DNA of 18,320 nucleotides, from the NCBI GenBank assembly GCA_964244895.1, contig CAXTKV010000101.1, forward strand, positions 1-18,320, written 5' to 3'. The position numbers and the translations under genes are program-made. Positions 15,980 through 18,320 of this stretch are shown one piece after another; the stretch's first letter is position 1, and every line of letters begins with the position of its first letter. The notes beneath the pieces are model-generated. The model saw nothing but the letters and a program-made list of their open reading frames with translations, made no database searches and was not told where the DNA came from. This DNA comes from an uncultured Deinococcales bacterium. GTDB taxonomy: Bacteria; Deinococcota; Deinococci; Deinococcales; JAAFIG01.

Positions 15980-17068
15980 ATGAGCTTCGAAACCACCATC
16001 CACCTTCAACCTTCGTTCTTCTCTGAGCGCGAGAAAACCCTGGCGGAATTCGGAACCTTGCGCGCCACCAGCTTCCTGTACCCGAGCGGCGTTCACGCCA
16101 TCCGATTGACCAACGAACTCGGCGAGATGATCGTGCTTCCTTTCCATGGACAGCAAATCTGGAAGCTCGCGTTCTTTGGGCGCGACCTGACCATGAAATC
16201 GCTGTTCCCCGAACCGCGCGACACCCGCGCGTACCTGGAAAATTACGGCGCGTTCCTGATCCACTGCGGCGCGACCGCGATGGGCGTCCCGGCGGCGGGC
16301 GACGCGCACCCGTTGCACGGCGAACTGACGCACGCGCCCTACCAGACGGCGGAACTGGTGATTGGACGGGACGAGCGCGGGGATTACCTGGGCGTCACGG
16401 GCAGTTACGATCACGCCATCGCCTTCGGATCGCACTACGTCGCCCGCCCGACGGTGAAGCTCTACAGGAATTCCAGCCGCGTGCCCGTCAACCTGGAGAT
16501 CACCAACCTGAACAACACGCGAATGGAACTGATGTACATGGCGCACGCCAACTTTCGCCCCGTGGACGACGCGAGGCTCGAGTACAGCGCGCGCGTCTCG
16601 CCGGAAACGGTGCGCATCCGAACCAGCATCCCCAGCCACGTCAACCCCACGCCCGAATACCTGGCGTTCCTCGACGACCTGCAACGCAACCCGAGCCAGC
16701 ACCACGTCCTGCGGCCCGGACTGGCCTTCGACCCGGAAGTCGTGTTCTACATCGATTACCTGGCGGATCAGCGCGGCTGGGCGCACGCCATGCAAATCTT
16801 GCCGGACGGCAGCGCGGATTTCATCAGCCACAAACCCGCGCAACTCCGCAAGGGCGTGCGCTGGATCAGCCGCACGCCCAACCAGGATTGCTTCGGGCTG
16901 AACCTGCCCGCCACCGCCGAACCCGAGGGTTACACCGCCGAGAAAGCCAAAGGCAACGTCATGCTGCTCGAGCCCCACGCGACCTGGCGCATGGATCTCG
17001 AAGTCGGTGCGCTGGAGAAAAACGACGCCCAGAACATGTCGGCGGATATCGCTGCCATCACCGCTTGA
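15980..17068 (+). CDS. DUF4432 / aldose 1-epimerase-fold protein (DeoM-like)
   Basis: SGV...LP..GQQIW...LTM...YG.F..HCG, HPLHGE, YMAHAN and PATAEPEGY resemble the deoxyribose mutarotase DeoM family as recalled; not searched. Confidence 0.8.
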   Translation: MSFETTIHLQPSFFSEREKTLAEFGTLRATSFLYPSGVHAIRLTNELGEMIVLPFHGQQIWKLAFFGRDLTMKSLFPEPRDTRAYLENYGAFLIHCGATAMGVPAAGDAHPLHGELTHAPYQTAELVIGRDERGDYLGVTGSYDHAIAFGSHYVARPTVKLYRNSSRVPVNLEITNLNNTRMELMYMAHANFRPVDDARLEYSARVSPETVRIRTSIPSHVNPTPEYLAFLDDLQRNPSQHHVLRPGLAFDPEVVFYIDYLADQRGWAHAMQILPDGSADFISHKPAQLRKGVRWISRTPNQDCFGLNLPATAEPEGYTAEKAKGNVMLLEPHATWRMDLEVGALEKNDAQNMSADIAAITA

Positions 17069-17070
17069 TC

Positions 17071-17127
17071 CTCGAGAACACCGTCCCGCACGCATTTTCA
17101 AGATTGCGTGCGGGACGGTGTTCTCGA
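17071..17127. repeat. REP-like palindrome (best-conserved copy)
   Basis: TCGAGAACACCGTCCCGCACGCA / TGCGTGCGGGACGGTGTTCTCGA: perfect 23-bp stem with a 10-nt loop. Confidence 0.92.
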
Positions 17128-17200
17128 AGTCCTTCCCTGTACGGGAGGCCAAACGAGCAGCGTTTCTCGAGGCTCGCGCCGCGTTCGTTATATTGAACCC

Positions 17201-17839
17201 GTGAAAACCCTGCCGCAACTCCTGGAGAGCAACAAACGCTGGGCCAAAGACATCGAAGCGCGGATGCCCGGATTCTTCGAGAAGCTCAAGCACCAGCAAG
17301 CGCCCGAATACCTCTGGATCGGTTGCTCGGACAGCCGCGTGCCCGCCAACGAGATCGTCGGGATGCTGCCCGGCGAGCTGTTTGTGCACCGCAACGTCGC
17401 CAACCTGGTGATCCAGACCGACATCAACTGCCTCTCCGTGATCCAGTACGCCGTCGAAAACTTGCGCGTCAAGCACGTCATGGTCGTCGGACACTACGGT
17501 TGCGGCGGTGTGCGCGCCGCGATGGAAGACCGCGAACACGGCCTGATCGACAACTGGCTGCACGAAATCCGCGAGGTCTACCGCTACAACGCCGCCGAAC
17601 TCCAGGCCATTCCCGAACTGGATGGTCGAGTCGACCGATTGTGCGAACTGAACGTGGTGCGCCAAGCCCTGAACGTCTGCCACACGACGGTCGTGCAGGA
17701 CGCCTGGCGGCGCGGTCAACCCTTGGAAGTTCACGGCTGGATTTACGGCATCGCGGATGGGTTGATCGAGGATCTGGGCTTGAGCGTGTCCTCGCTGGAA
17801 CAGATGCGCGAACTCGAGCGCGAGATTTACTCGAGCTGA
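17201..17839 (+). CDS. can: Beta-class carbonic anhydrase
   Basis: WIGCSDSRVP, HRNVAN and GHYGCGGV zinc motifs; GTG start 6 nt after TATATT (17189-17194). Confidence 0.95.
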   Translation: MKTLPQLLESNKRWAKDIEARMPGFFEKLKHQQAPEYLWIGCSDSRVPANEIVGMLPGELFVHRNVANLVIQTDINCLSVIQYAVENLRVKHVMVVGHYGCGGVRAAMEDREHGLIDNWLHEIREVYRYNAAELQAIPELDGRVDRLCELNVVRQALNVCHTTVVQDAWRRGQPLEVHGWIYGIADGLIEDLGLSVSSLEQMRELEREIYSS

Positions 17840-17843
17840 ATAA

Positions 17844-17897
17844 AGAACACCGTCCAGCACGCGAATCGCAAATTGCGTGCCGGACGGTGTTCTCGAG
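17844..17897. repeat. REP-like palindrome
   Basis: AGAACACCGTCCAGCACGC / GCGTGCCGGACGGTGTTCT with one mismatch. Confidence 0.9.
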
Positions 17898-17949
17898 CTT
17901 GCGCCCACGGCCCGAACGGTATTGATTACACTGCTTTCGAGAGGTGCGC

Positions 17950-18320
17950 ATGTTGACCTTCAAGAAGCTCTCCGCCGAGGAATTCGCGCAACTGCCGGGT
18001 CACGAGGACGCGGAATTGATTGACGGTCACGTGATTCCGACGAGTCTCTCGAGTCCAGCGCAAGGCATGATCACGCTCGAGCTTGGAATGAGAATTGGAA
18101 ACTGGCTCGAGCAAAACAAACTCGGTATCGCAGGCATCGAAGGCGGTTTCATCCTGCGCCGCAATCCTGACCGTCTGCGCGGCCCCGACGTGTGGTTTAT
18201 CCGCGCTGATCGCGTTCCCGAGGTGCAGCCCGAAGGTTTCTGGGAGATCGCGCCCGACATGATCGCTGAAATCGTCTCCTCGAGCGATACGGCGGAAGTC
18301 ATCAAGGAAAAGCTCGAGGA
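17950..18320 (+). CDS. Uma2-family PD-(D/E)XK endonuclease-like protein (partial; runs off window end)
   Basis: Manual translation MLTFKKLSAEEFAQLP..AELIDG...RGPDVWF...APDMIAEIVSSSD; SD GAGGT; TACACT at 17927-17932. Confidence 0.88.
   Translation, partial: MLTFKKLSAEEFAQLPGHEDAELIDGHVIPTSLSSPAQGMITLELGMRIGNWLEQNKLGIAGIEGGFILRRNPDRLRGPDVWFIRADRVPEVQPEGFWEIAPDMIAEIVSSSDTAEVIKEKLE

Noticed and set aside
17108..17200. Upstream extension of carbonic anhydrase in the ORF track
   Set aside because: Begins inside the palindromic repeat; homology and the -10 box favour GTG 17201.
15833..17908. 691-aa minus-strand ORF
   Set aside because: Antisense to DUF4432 and can, reading through palindromic repeats; no domain signature.

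Overview
GC-rich bacterial DNA, probably Deinococcota (inferred from leaderless -10 boxes and a Uma2 gene). Bases ~440-17070 form a LacI-regulated carbohydrate catabolic cluster. Leftward: FAH-family protein and SDR. Rightward: cupin-type phosphoglucose isomerase, FGGY kinase, divergent shikimate-dehydrogenase-like protein, CUT1 ABC binding protein and two permeases (no ATPase), LacI, FSA-type aldolase, acetoin/pyruvate dehydrogenase-like E1a/E1b/E2 (no E3), PfkB kinase and DeoM-like DUF4432 epimerase. Flanks: a partial FAD oxidoreductase, a beta-carbonic anhydrase and a partial Uma2 nuclease. Notable structure: (1) most intra-operon gaps are bridged by tiny ORFs that overlap both the upstream stop and the downstream start (RTGA); (2) a REP-like palindrome family (CTCGAGAACACCGTCC...GGACGGTGTTCTCGAG) occurs about nine times, once in-frame inside E2; (3) the same LacI-type operator core GCAATCGTTTGC occurs three times; (4) CTCGAG is strongly over-represented. 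The substrate cannot be determined from sequence alone.
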